64,000 nucleotides of DNA from Chloroflexota bacterium (GTDB taxonomy: Bacteria; Chloroflexota; Anaerolineae; Anaerolineales; Villigracilaceae), in assembly GCA_019873735.1 (NCBI GenBank), contig JAIOAQ010000008.1, positions 16,651-80,650 on the forward strand, read 5' to 3'. The notes under the pieces are model-generated. The model made no database searches, was not told the DNA's origin, and saw nothing but the letters and a program-made list of their open reading frames with translations. Below are positions 29,509 through 38,432 of the stretch, piece after piece. Both the position numbers and the translations under genes were made by a program. Each line of letters begins with the position of its first letter. The first letter of the stretch is position 1.

Positions 29509-31746
29509 CTATGATTCGTCCTGCCGTAATTGAATGACTACTTCTGAGCCTGGTATGGCATGCCCCAGTTCTTCAGCGGCGGTCTGCAGGATGTTTTGGA
29601 AATTCACAGTAGCGCCGATACGGGCAGAAATATCGCTGATGATTTTTTCTTTTTGAGCCCGTTTTTCCGATTCTTCAAACAGGCGGGCCGTCTCCAGGGC
29701 TGCGCCTACGCGTTCGGCCACGGCTTGAAGTAGAGCAATTTCGTTTTGTGACCATCTTCGTTCAGGGTTGCCCGACTGTACGTGAATGGTCGCCAGTGTT
29801 TTACCGCGAATCCTTACCGGAACGGCCACGGCCGGCTTTCGCCCGGCGTTCTCGTTTGCTGCCGCTACTGCAATGGTACCGGTCTGGATGGCGCGGCGAA
29901 TCTCCTCATGCTCGACTGGCCGGGTAATGGCTTTGGTCTCCTCGGTGAGACTATGATAAAAACCAATCACGGCGCGTCGGGCGGTGACAGATTGCCACCT
30001 TTCGGCAACGTACTGGCGGTTGAGCGTTTCAATCTCGGCCAGGGCTTGACGTGTTTCATCATACAGACGCGCGTTCTCAATCGCGATGGCGATCTGGTCG
30101 GCCAGAATCTGCAAGATACTGGCGTCTTCGCTCTTGAAGGCGTTGGGGGTGGTGCTTTGGATGTCCAGCGCGCCGATGATTCGGCCGCGCGCTACCAGCG
30201 GCAGCGCCATTTCGGAGCGGGTATCTGGGAGGTCGGGATTGTTGAAGAAAACGGCATCCTCTCCCACGTCCAGGGCGATGCGGGCCTTTCCTACGCCGGT
30301 GACGTAGCCGACGATGCCTTCCTCGCCAATCCGCAGGCGGTGACCGCGGGCCAGCATACGCTTTCCGCCTTCGCTGTTTGCGGCGCGCAACCTGGCAAAG
30401 GTGTTTGTTTCGTCGTTCAAAAAGATGCCTGCATGGTAGAAGCCAAATCGATTAGAAACAACTTCTGTGATTAGGGGCAAAAGTGTTTCAAGATTCTGCT
30501 CGCTGGCAATAATGCGGGCTACGTCACTGATGGTCTGGAGTTGATCGGCGCGCTGATTGCTCTGGATGGTCGTTTTCTCGAGTTCGGCTGTGCGTTCAGC
30601 AACGCGTTGCTCCAGAGAGCCGACCAGGCTGCGCAACTGCTGTGTCATGCTGTTGAAGGTGTTTGCCAGTGTGCCGATTTCGTCTTGGGATTGGATTGAG
30701 ACCTCTGTTTGCAGGTTTCCTTTCCCAATTTCCAGGGCAGCCTTTGTCAGGTCGCGCAAGGGGCGGCTGATTTGCCGCGCCAGGCTGAAAGAGAATGCGC
30801 CGCCCGTGATCACAGCCAGAAAGGCGGCAATAACCAGAATGGTCTGTGCCCTTTGGGTGTTTGTTGTGACACTGGCGAGTTGTTCGCTTGCATATTCGGT
30901 CCCGCTTGCAGCGATATCCAGCGCCAGGGGCTGAATGGCTTCGGCTGCAACGGTGTATTGTTGTGTATGTTGATTGATTTCAGCATCAATGCGCGCCAAC
31001 TCTTTAAGGGCTGCTTCATAACGGTCTAAAGAGGACGCGATGTTCTGAGACTCGATTTCGGGTCTGTTGGCCAGGGCAGCGCGGATTTGGTCAAGCGCAA
31101 GTTTTGTGGCCTCAAGGTCCGCCTGCCTGCCGTAGACTCTGTATTTTCTTTCACTGACCTGCAGTTGCAGCGCAAGGGATAGTAATTCGGGGTCGGCCTG
31201 GGCGCCGATTTGGCTTAGCAGCAGTTGTTCGGCGTCTTCCAGTTCTCCAACAACGCCTTTTCCCTCTGTGCCCCGTTCCTTGATCAAGTTGGTAACCGCA
31301 TTGAATTCACTGCGATACATTGCAAGCGCGGCTGAGAGGTCTATCAATTTTGGATTGATGCGGGCGAACAGAGGGCTTTCTTGTCCAGCCGTCAAATTGC
31401 CCAGTTTGTCAATGGTCTGGCGAATATCGGTGATGGCATTGCCATGCGGAATGAGATAGTTGTTGACGGCGTTTTCGTAACCCTCTTCCTGCCAGTGGAG
31501 CAGAAAAGCCTGTTCCTGACGGCGCGCGGCAATTAAGTCGTTTTGAATCCGATTGCCCAGGTCGCGGATTTGCAGGCCTTCTACCAGGGCTTCATTGACC
31601 GATTTCTGGATTGTCAGGAAACTGAAGTAGTTGACCAGGGCCAGGGCAATGACAAAGAAGATGATTAACCCAAAGCCAAGCAACAACCGTGTATTGATGG
31701 GCCGATCACGGAATTTCAACCTGGGATTTTGACGACTGGGACTCAT
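29509..31746 (-). CDS. Output-less membrane sensor paralog 3 (TM - helical 4HB/CHASE3-like - TM - HAMP - signalling helix - GAF - mini-GAF - tail)
   Basis: 745 aa. A long all-helical periplasmic region lies between two TM segments. Cytoplasmic motifs: HAMP (DEIGTLANTFNSM), SLEQRVAERTAELE, FYHAGIFLND, DVGEDAVFFNNPDLPDTRSEMALPL. Confidence 0.8.
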   Translation of the reverse strand: MSPSRQNPRLKFRDRPINTRLLLGFGLIIFFVIALALVNYFSFLTIQKSVNEALVEGLQIRDLGNRIQNDLIAARRQEQAFLLHWQEEGYENAVNNYLIPHGNAITDIRQTIDKLGNLTAGQESPLFARINPKLIDLSAALAMYRSEFNAVTNLIKERGTEGKGVVGELEDAEQLLLSQIGAQADPELLSLALQLQVSERKYRVYGRQADLEATKLALDQIRAALANRPEIESQNIASSLDRYEAALKELARIDAEINQHTQQYTVAAEAIQPLALDIAASGTEYASEQLASVTTNTQRAQTILVIAAFLAVITGGAFSFSLARQISRPLRDLTKAALEIGKGNLQTEVSIQSQDEIGTLANTFNSMTQQLRSLVGSLEQRVAERTAELEKTTIQSNQRADQLQTISDVARIIASEQNLETLLPLITEVVSNRFGFYHAGIFLNDETNTFARLRAANSEGGKRMLARGHRLRIGEEGIVGYVTGVGKARIALDVGEDAVFFNNPDLPDTRSEMALPLVARGRIIGALDIQSTTPNAFKSEDASILQILADQIAIAIENARLYDETRQALAEIETLNRQYVAERWQSVTARRAVIGFYHSLTEETKAITRPVEHEEIRRAIQTGTIAVAAANENAGRKPAVAVPVRIRGKTLATIHVQSGNPERRWSQNEIALLQAVAERVGAALETARLFEESEKRAQKEKIISDISARIGATVNFQNILQTAAEELGHAIPGSEVVIQLRQDES

Positions 31747-31766
31747 GGAGTGTCCTCTCAGACAAA

Positions 31767-32783
31767 TTAATCACTTGTTGGCGGGTTCTCGTTAATCTCA
31801 ACGCGGAACAAGCCGTTGATGATTTCGGTCTGACGCGAAGCGATCAACCCTTTCAACTCTGCCGGCAATTGGTTTTCCCAAGCATGGAATGGCGCCAGGC
31901 TTGCTCCGCCCTTGGCCATGCTGCTGAAATCTTTGAGGTCCTGGGCGGTATAGACGCCAGCAGCCACCTGATTGAGAACATAATTGACGGTGGGTTCCAT
32001 GTTCCAAACCGGTCCCGTCACAATGACATCGGGGGCAAGAGCATGTTGATCGGTCATATTGCCAAATACCAGTACGCCATCATGTTCCAGGGCGGCTTCG
32101 TGCGCTCCGAGTCTTTCGGCAAAGATGATATCGGCTCCGGCGGCAATTTGTGCCTCAGCAGCGTTTTTGGCGGCTTCTGGGTCAAACCAACTGTTAATAA
32201 AATTCACCTTTACCTTTATGCCTGGGTTTACTTCGCGCGCGCCCTGGATAAAGGCATTGACAAGACGATTGACCTCTGCGACGGGGAATCCGGCCACAAC
32301 ACCTACCACGCCGGTTTTTGTCATCTTTCCGGCCATCAAGCCGCAAAGATAGGCTGGTTCGTGAATCCAGTTGTCAAACACAGACAGATTGGGTTCGGCA
32401 GGGCCCAGCCCGGAGCCGAACACAAAGGCAATATTGGGGTACTTGGCGGCTACGGCGCGCACGCCTTCCTCGTTCCCAAAGGCATCACCAAAGACGATAT
32501 CCGGCGGGGCTTTCTCAATTTTTTTGAGCAAGACCCGTTCCATATCTCCTTGATAGCCGATGGAATCCTGCATACGATAAACGATTCGTCCCTCCGCCTC
32601 TGCTTTTAGCAGTGCTGCGTGAATAACGCCATCCCACGGTTCCTCAATGGATGTGGCATAAACAGCCAGCACAACCGGTACATCTTTTGCTTTGGAGGCA
32701 GAGTTGGTTCCATTGCCGGCACATGCCGTCAACAGGAGGCTTGTCAACACGAGGCCAATGAGAATCTTTTGTGCAATTTTCAT
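31767..32783 (-). CDS. Lipoprotein, BMP-family (PnrA/Med-like) solute-binding protein
   Basis: 338 aa. Lipobox LLTAC and a BMP-family pattern (AFVFGSG..., GVVGVVAGFPV, INSWFDP). No cognate ABC transporter genes are nearby. Confidence 0.75.
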   Translation of the reverse strand: MKIAQKILIGLVLTSLLLTACAGNGTNSASKAKDVPVVLAVYATSIEEPWDGVIHAALLKAEAEGRIVYRMQDSIGYQGDMERVLLKKIEKAPPDIVFGDAFGNEEGVRAVAAKYPNIAFVFGSGLGPAEPNLSVFDNWIHEPAYLCGLMAGKMTKTGVVGVVAGFPVAEVNRLVNAFIQGAREVNPGIKVKVNFINSWFDPEAAKNAAEAQIAAGADIIFAERLGAHEAALEHDGVLVFGNMTDQHALAPDVIVTGPVWNMEPTVNYVLNQVAAGVYTAQDLKDFSSMAKGGASLAPFHAWENQLPAELKGLIASRQTEIINGLFRVEINENPPTSD

Positions 32784-32848
32784 TATCTTTTACTCCTCTG
32801 TGATCAGGTTAAGAAAGAATGGTTATCGAGGACATTTTCTCTGCTGGA

Positions 32849-34777
32849 TCATTCTTCTTTGTTCAATTGAATCAGCACTTCAGTATCTTGCAGGATTCTG
32901 CTGAGTTCTTCGGCTGTGGCTCGCAAGACACTCTCAATTTGGATGGACGAACTGACTTTGGCCGTAATGTCGCTGACGGCTTTTTCCTGCGAGGCTCGTT
33001 GTTGCGCTTCTTCCAACAGACGTGCATTCTCCAGTGCGACGGCAGCCTGGGCGGCAATGGTCTCAACGGTTGTAATTTCTTCGTTTGTCCACTGATGGTC
33101 GGGGGCGCTGCTCTCCAGTCCAATTGCGCCCAGAATCTGACCGCGCAAGGTGAGCGGCACCAACAACAAAGCCCGGCTGGCTCCTTTGATGGCTTTGGCC
33201 TGAGAGGCACTCAGGGCAATGGTTTTACCGGCCGCCAGTTGCGCGCGAATGGCAGGGGGAATCTGGTCATCAATCGGGCGGACGTGGAAACGATCATATT
33301 CATAGGCCACTACTTCGTTGTCGGCCCATAATTGTGACGCTTGCCCCAATGGGCTCGTGTGCGCGGCCGCCATTTCCTTGTTGGCGTTTTGCAACTGCTC
33401 TACAAGCCGGGCGTTTTCGATTGCATTGGCCAACTGGTCGGCCAGCACCTGGATCACATTAATATCTTCCTCTTCAAAGGCAAATTCCTGCGTAGATTGA
33501 ATGTCAAGCGCGCCAATAATTTCGTTTCCTGCCCGCAGTGGGATGGTCATCTCTGAGCGCGTATCGGGGAGCAGGGGATTTTTGAAATAAACCTGGTCCT
33601 CGCCCACATTCTGGGCAATGCGTGCCTGTCCGGTGGCAACAACGGTGCCAACAATACCTGTCTCGCCGACTTTAAGTTGGTGTTTGTCTTCCACCAGTTT
33701 TTGACCGGCGTCGCCCGCTGCTGCTACCAGTTGAGCATATACGCCGCTTTCGTCAATCAGAAAAATTCCTACACGATAGAACCCAAAACGGTCGCGGATT
33801 AATTCAACCGCGTCTTTCATCAGCATATCCAGTTGTTTGACTCGTGCTACATCGCGGGCAATGAGGGCAACGGCCTCCAGCTGGTTGGTGCGGCGCTCCA
33901 ATGCCGTTGTGCGAGCGCGGACTTGTTCATCCAGGTTTTCAATCAGCTCGCTTAATTGACGGGCCATCCCATAAATGCTTCGGCTCAAGATACCGATTTC
34001 GTCTTTTGTTTTTTGGGGCACAATTGCATCCCATTTGCCCTGGGCTACTTCTTCGGCGGCTTTGGTCAGTTTGACAAGCGGTGTCGTAATTTGCAGCCCA
34101 AGCAGTGTTGCTGCCACAATGGCGACAAAACCGCTGATAAACGCCAGTAATCCCAGCATTGAAAGCAGATTATTGGTATTTGTTTTTAGTTTTTGGGCTG
34201 CTTCTGTGGCCGGCTGAGAGAACTCGTCAATGTAGGTGGTGGCAGCCACGCGCAGGGGGGTGTCCGGAACCGGGACAATGACCATGTATTTTGGGCGGAT
34301 GCTTTTATCTGCTTCAATCCAATCGTAGTACCCATCTGCAGGTGTGCCGTCTAGCGAGGCCTCTACAATTCTCCAGAAGTCTGGCAGTTGTGCCTGCAGG
34401 TTGGCAAGAGGGGTATTGACAATTTTGGGGTTGTTGTGAAAGATGTTGATGCCGTTTGAGTCATGCACGGCCGTATAGCCGGTCTTGCCTACTGGCTGGA
34501 CGGCAATGCTTGCCAGGGTCTTGTCGGCCTGTAGCGCGGTGATGTCAGAAGGGTCGAGATTGGGGTGGCTTTGCAGGTAAATGTGGATTTGTGCAGCCAC
34601 GTCTTCGGCTTTTTGACGAATTGTTTGTTGTCCGACTTCTTCAAGGGCAGTACGCGCGCTTTCAACGCCGATTTCGCTGTTCTGACGTAGTGCCTGGCTG
34701 CTCAGAACAAGCAGGATTGCCATTGGCACAAGCGCTACCAGGAAAATAGCAATGATAATGCGAAAGCGGATGCTCAT
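32849..34777 (-). CDS. Output-less membrane sensor paralog 4 (TM - single-Cache-like - TM - HAMP - signalling helix - GAF - mini-GAF - tail)
   Basis: 642 aa. Cache-like periplasmic motif GKTGYTAVHDSNGINIFH ... YYDW. Cytoplasmic motifs: HAMP (DEIGILSRSIYGM), FYRVGIFLID, NPLLPDTRSEMTIPL, GALDIQST. Confidence 0.8.
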   Translation of the reverse strand: MSIRFRIIIAIFLVALVPMAILLVLSSQALRQNSEIGVESARTALEEVGQQTIRQKAEDVAAQIHIYLQSHPNLDPSDITALQADKTLASIAVQPVGKTGYTAVHDSNGINIFHNNPKIVNTPLANLQAQLPDFWRIVEASLDGTPADGYYDWIEADKSIRPKYMVIVPVPDTPLRVAATTYIDEFSQPATEAAQKLKTNTNNLLSMLGLLAFISGFVAIVAATLLGLQITTPLVKLTKAAEEVAQGKWDAIVPQKTKDEIGILSRSIYGMARQLSELIENLDEQVRARTTALERRTNQLEAVALIARDVARVKQLDMLMKDAVELIRDRFGFYRVGIFLIDESGVYAQLVAAAGDAGQKLVEDKHQLKVGETGIVGTVVATGQARIAQNVGEDQVYFKNPLLPDTRSEMTIPLRAGNEIIGALDIQSTQEFAFEEEDINVIQVLADQLANAIENARLVEQLQNANKEMAAAHTSPLGQASQLWADNEVVAYEYDRFHVRPIDDQIPPAIRAQLAAGKTIALSASQAKAIKGASRALLLVPLTLRGQILGAIGLESSAPDHQWTNEEITTVETIAAQAAVALENARLLEEAQQRASQEKAVSDITAKVSSSIQIESVLRATAEELSRILQDTEVLIQLNKEE

Positions 34778-34780
34778 CTC

Positions 34781-36838
34781 TTATCCCTTTCCATTGTCGG
34801 CTTTTGAGCCTGTAGCGTTGGATTCTGGTAACGTCTTTTTGCCCGCCGATTCTGCTGCCTTGTCCTGGGGCCGCAAACCAAGTTGAACAAACGTGCGAAC
34901 CGCGCCCAGCGCCTTTCCCAACTCGCGAGCCGTTTGTTGCAAGACCTTTTCGGTGCTGGTTGATTTTCGTATCTCGCTTGCAATCAGGTTCATTTGATGT
35001 TCGCGCTCAGCCAATCGTTGTTGTTCTTCAATCAATCGGGCGTTTTCAACGGCCAAACCGACCTGGTTGGCAATTTCCTGGGCAATGCTTTGTTCGCGCT
35101 CATCCCAACCCGCATCTGCCCCGACCCTTTGAATGCTGATCTTCCCGATCTTTTGGCCGCGCAATCGGATGGGAACTTCGATTTGCGCTTGCCCATTCCC
35201 GGATATTTCTGCCGTCTCCTCGGTCAGCGCCTGGATGCCAAGGGGGGTGTACACGTAGGCATGTCTTTTACGGCTTGTGTACGCTTGCCAGGCAGAGCGG
35301 ACACTTTCCATACTGGTGCGTTGGAGTTGTTGAAGCGCTTGCTGGCTTTCGGCATACAAGCGGGCATTTTCGATGGCCAATGCGATCTGATCTGCTAACG
35401 TTTGCAATACCATGACGTCGTCCTGGCTGAATGCCCGCATTTCTGTGGACTGAATATCAAGGACGCCGATGAGTTTGCCGCGTACGGACAGCGGCAGGGC
35501 CATTTCGGAACGGGTGTTGGGGAGGTCAGGATTGTTGAAAAAGACGGCATCCTCTCCAACGTCCAGCGCGATGCGTGGACGGTTGGTGGCTGCTACCATC
35601 CCAACAATGCCCTGGGAGCCAATACGCAACTGGTGGCCGCGCTCTAACATTTTTTGTCCGCCGGTGGATGATGCTGCCTGCAAAACCACATGCTGACCGG
35701 CCTGGTCGGTAATGAAAATTCCGGCGTGATAGAAACCGAACCGCTCCGAAATCAGATTCACCGCCCGGTTAAGCAACTCGTCCACCTGCCGGATGGCAGC
35801 CGCTTCGCGCGCCACCTGAGCAGCGGCTTGCAATTGAGCAGTTTTCCGCTCCAAATCGCGCGTACGCTTTTGGACTTCCTCATCCAGGTTCTTTTGCAGG
35901 TTTTCCAGGCGTTCGAGCATGATGTTGAATTGGATGGTGGCCAGGCCGATTTCATCGGTGCCGATAATATCGGCACGCTGGTGGATTTCTCCGCTTTCAA
36001 TTCGCGTCATGACATTTACCAGGTGGGCCACCGGCCGATAGATCATGTGGGAGACGATAATTGCAAGAATGCTGCTCACAATCACTGCAATTACGGCAAC
36101 CCAAATCAGTTGAACGCGCAAAGTGTACAGGCTAATGGCTTTGCCGTTCAAGATATCCACTGCAACCTGGTAAGCGCGCGGGGCTGTGGTTAAAAGCGCT
36201 ATTCCAACAGAGGATATGACCAATAAGATCAGCCGTTCCTGGAGTCTGGTTCCGCTCAGGCCGCGTTTTTGAAGCTCTGGCGAACGGGGGAGCAAAACCT
36301 GCCGCGCATTGGTCAGTCCGTATTCAATCAGAAGCACGCAACTGATGATCAGCATGGAGGCCGAAAGAAAGCCGCCAATGATCACATGGATGGCTTGCTC
36401 TACCGTAGCCCCTCCGATGTAATACATGTAAGCAGCAGCCGGAAGAATGGTCTCCAGGGTTGCAATCACCAGGGCGGCAATGCCGAATTTCCATGGATAA
36501 CTGGTAACCTCTCTCCAGGCCTGCACTTCCAGTTCGGGATTCTCGACCCCGCTTTTTCCCTTGCTCCAGGAATACAAACGCTTTCGGGCAGCGCGGGAGG
36601 CTTCATACATGTAAAGCAGGAGAAGGATATTGGCTCCCACAACAAAGGCGAAAACCGCTCCAGTCAATTGTTGGGTTTGTTTGGGCGTGAATTCTACGTT
36701 GACAAGGATGTAGTAGATTCCCAGCCCGGCAGCCCCAAAGGAGAGCAATTGGGCCAGAAACTGAATCACAAGCAGGTATGAACCACCCAGCGAACTTAAG
36801 AGTGTATCCAAAAAAGCAGGAACATATCGTTTGTTCAT
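34781..36838 (-). CDS. Output-less membrane sensor paralog 5 (6-TM N-terminus - HAMP - signalling helix - GAF - mini-GAF - tail)
   Basis: 685 aa. Six hydrophobic segments, then HAMP (DEIGLATIQFNIM), FYHAGIFITD, DVGEDAVFFNNPDLPNTRSEMALPL, GVLDIQST. Confidence 0.8.
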   Translation of the reverse strand: MNKRYVPAFLDTLLSSLGGSYLLVIQFLAQLLSFGAAGLGIYYILVNVEFTPKQTQQLTGAVFAFVVGANILLLLYMYEASRAARKRLYSWSKGKSGVENPELEVQAWREVTSYPWKFGIAALVIATLETILPAAAYMYYIGGATVEQAIHVIIGGFLSASMLIISCVLLIEYGLTNARQVLLPRSPELQKRGLSGTRLQERLILLVISSVGIALLTTAPRAYQVAVDILNGKAISLYTLRVQLIWVAVIAVIVSSILAIIVSHMIYRPVAHLVNVMTRIESGEIHQRADIIGTDEIGLATIQFNIMLERLENLQKNLDEEVQKRTRDLERKTAQLQAAAQVAREAAAIRQVDELLNRAVNLISERFGFYHAGIFITDQAGQHVVLQAASSTGGQKMLERGHQLRIGSQGIVGMVAATNRPRIALDVGEDAVFFNNPDLPNTRSEMALPLSVRGKLIGVLDIQSTEMRAFSQDDVMVLQTLADQIALAIENARLYAESQQALQQLQRTSMESVRSAWQAYTSRKRHAYVYTPLGIQALTEETAEISGNGQAQIEVPIRLRGQKIGKISIQRVGADAGWDEREQSIAQEIANQVGLAVENARLIEEQQRLAEREHQMNLIASEIRKSTSTEKVLQQTARELGKALGAVRTFVQLGLRPQDKAAESAGKKTLPESNATGSKADNGKG

Positions 36839-36842
36839 TGCA

Positions 36843-38426
36843 TCATTCCAACTTCAGTTCGATAATACCCTTGGTCGCATTGAGCGCCTGCCCAAGTTCT
36901 TTGATAGCCGTTTGCAGGATGGCGTCAATGGTTACCGCCGACCAGACCTTACTGGTGATGTCAGCAGTGGTGTGTTCTTGTATGGCGGTCTGTTGAGTCT
37001 CTTCAAGCAGACGGGCATTCTCAAGCGCCAAGGCGGCTTGGGCAGCCACCGCCTCAATCACGCTGATTTCCTCCGGACTTAGTTCGCCTTCGCTTTCAAT
37101 GACAATGTTGCCAATGGGGGTTTCGCGCAACGCCAGCGGTATGCTTATGCTCTGGCCGCTTTGCTCTGTTTCGGCCATTCCTACGTCAACCTTTATCCCC
37201 TTGCGTTTTTCGATCTGGCTCCAACTGCTGCTTAGATACTGCCGGTATACGCTATTCAACTCGTTCAGGTTTTGCTGGGCTTCCTGGTATAAGCGCGCAT
37301 TCTCAAGACCAATTGCCACCTGGCTGGCCATACCTTGCAGGGTTTCGATTTCTTGCGGCCCAAAGGCTGCTTCTTCTGTGGACTGTACGTCCAACGCACC
37401 CAGCACGCGGTCGCCGACAATGAGTGGAAGAGCAATCTCTGACCGTGTTTCAGGAAGCAGCGGGTTGTTGAAGCGAACCGCTTCTTTGCCCACATCCAAC
37501 GCCACCCGCGCCTCGCGCGTGCTGATAGCGGCTCCGACCATGCTCTGGCCGCTCACCTCCAGACGGTGACGGTTTTGGAGCATGATTTTACCGGCCGCCC
37601 CGGTCGCGCTTCTTAACTCAGCCCACTGGCCACTTTGGTCTATTAAGAACAAGCCGGCATAATAGTAACCAAATCGCTCGGTAATCAGGTTGACAATGTG
37701 CTCTATCAGTTCTTCCTGGTTGAGGCTTGCGTTTGCAGCGCGCCCGATTTCAATTACAGCCCGCAACTGTTCCCTGCTTCGGTTGGCCTGAATTTCCAAT
37801 TCTTCTTTAAGCGCAGTCAATTCCCTGTTAGCAGCGGCTTGCGCTTGCTCGCTTTGCCGGGAACGTCGCAGGGCGCTATTCATCCGGCCGATAAGCACAT
37901 AAAGGAACAGAGCAACCGCCAGAAAGATGATCGCCTGGGTAAACGTATCCTGGAGTGTGACCGGCTCCAAATTTGAGATCAGCCGCCCGGCGCTTTCCTG
38001 GTAACCGATGTAAATGATTGCCAGCACGGTTAGCAGACCAAAGATCAGCGCGCCGCTTTGCCCCAGCAATAAGCCGGCAAGCACCAACATGGCCGCATAG
38101 GCGATGATGGCCTCGTCGCGAATCCCTCCCCGCATAGCGATTGACGTAACGGCGGCAAAGATGGTCAGCAGCATTAGAACGCGGCCGGGAAGGAGAATAT
38201 TGAAATATGCCAGCACCAGCGTAATGGCCGTCAAAATACTTGCAACGATCAGCACGCCTCGATTACGGGGGTCAACCACAAGATTGAACAGCAAAATTGC
38301 TGCCAATGCCAACAGCACAATCCCCAAAAGCACAAGGGTGAGCCGGCGCTCGGCCTCGAGATCGGCCTCTGACTTTTCTGATCGGGCAGGCGGGAAGATT
38401 CTTGCCAGAATTTGCGGGAATTTCAT
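36843..38426 (-). CDS. Output-less membrane sensor paralog 6 (polytopic N-terminus - coiled coil - GAF - mini-GAF - tail; no HAMP seen)
   Basis: 527 aa. About 5-6 TM segments are joined by a coiled-coil linker directly to the family GAF (YYYAGLFLID, NPLLPETRSEIALPL, GALDVQST). Confidence 0.75.
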   Translation of the reverse strand: MKFPQILARIFPPARSEKSEADLEAERRLTLVLLGIVLLALAAILLFNLVVDPRNRGVLIVASILTAITLVLAYFNILLPGRVLMLLTIFAAVTSIAMRGGIRDEAIIAYAAMLVLAGLLLGQSGALIFGLLTVLAIIYIGYQESAGRLISNLEPVTLQDTFTQAIIFLAVALFLYVLIGRMNSALRRSRQSEQAQAAANRELTALKEELEIQANRSREQLRAVIEIGRAANASLNQEELIEHIVNLITERFGYYYAGLFLIDQSGQWAELRSATGAAGKIMLQNRHRLEVSGQSMVGAAISTREARVALDVGKEAVRFNNPLLPETRSEIALPLIVGDRVLGALDVQSTEEAAFGPQEIETLQGMASQVAIGLENARLYQEAQQNLNELNSVYRQYLSSSWSQIEKRKGIKVDVGMAETEQSGQSISIPLALRETPIGNIVIESEGELSPEEISVIEAVAAQAALALENARLLEETQQTAIQEHTTADITSKVWSAVTIDAILQTAIKELGQALNATKGIIELKLE

Positions 38427-38432
38427 TCCGAA

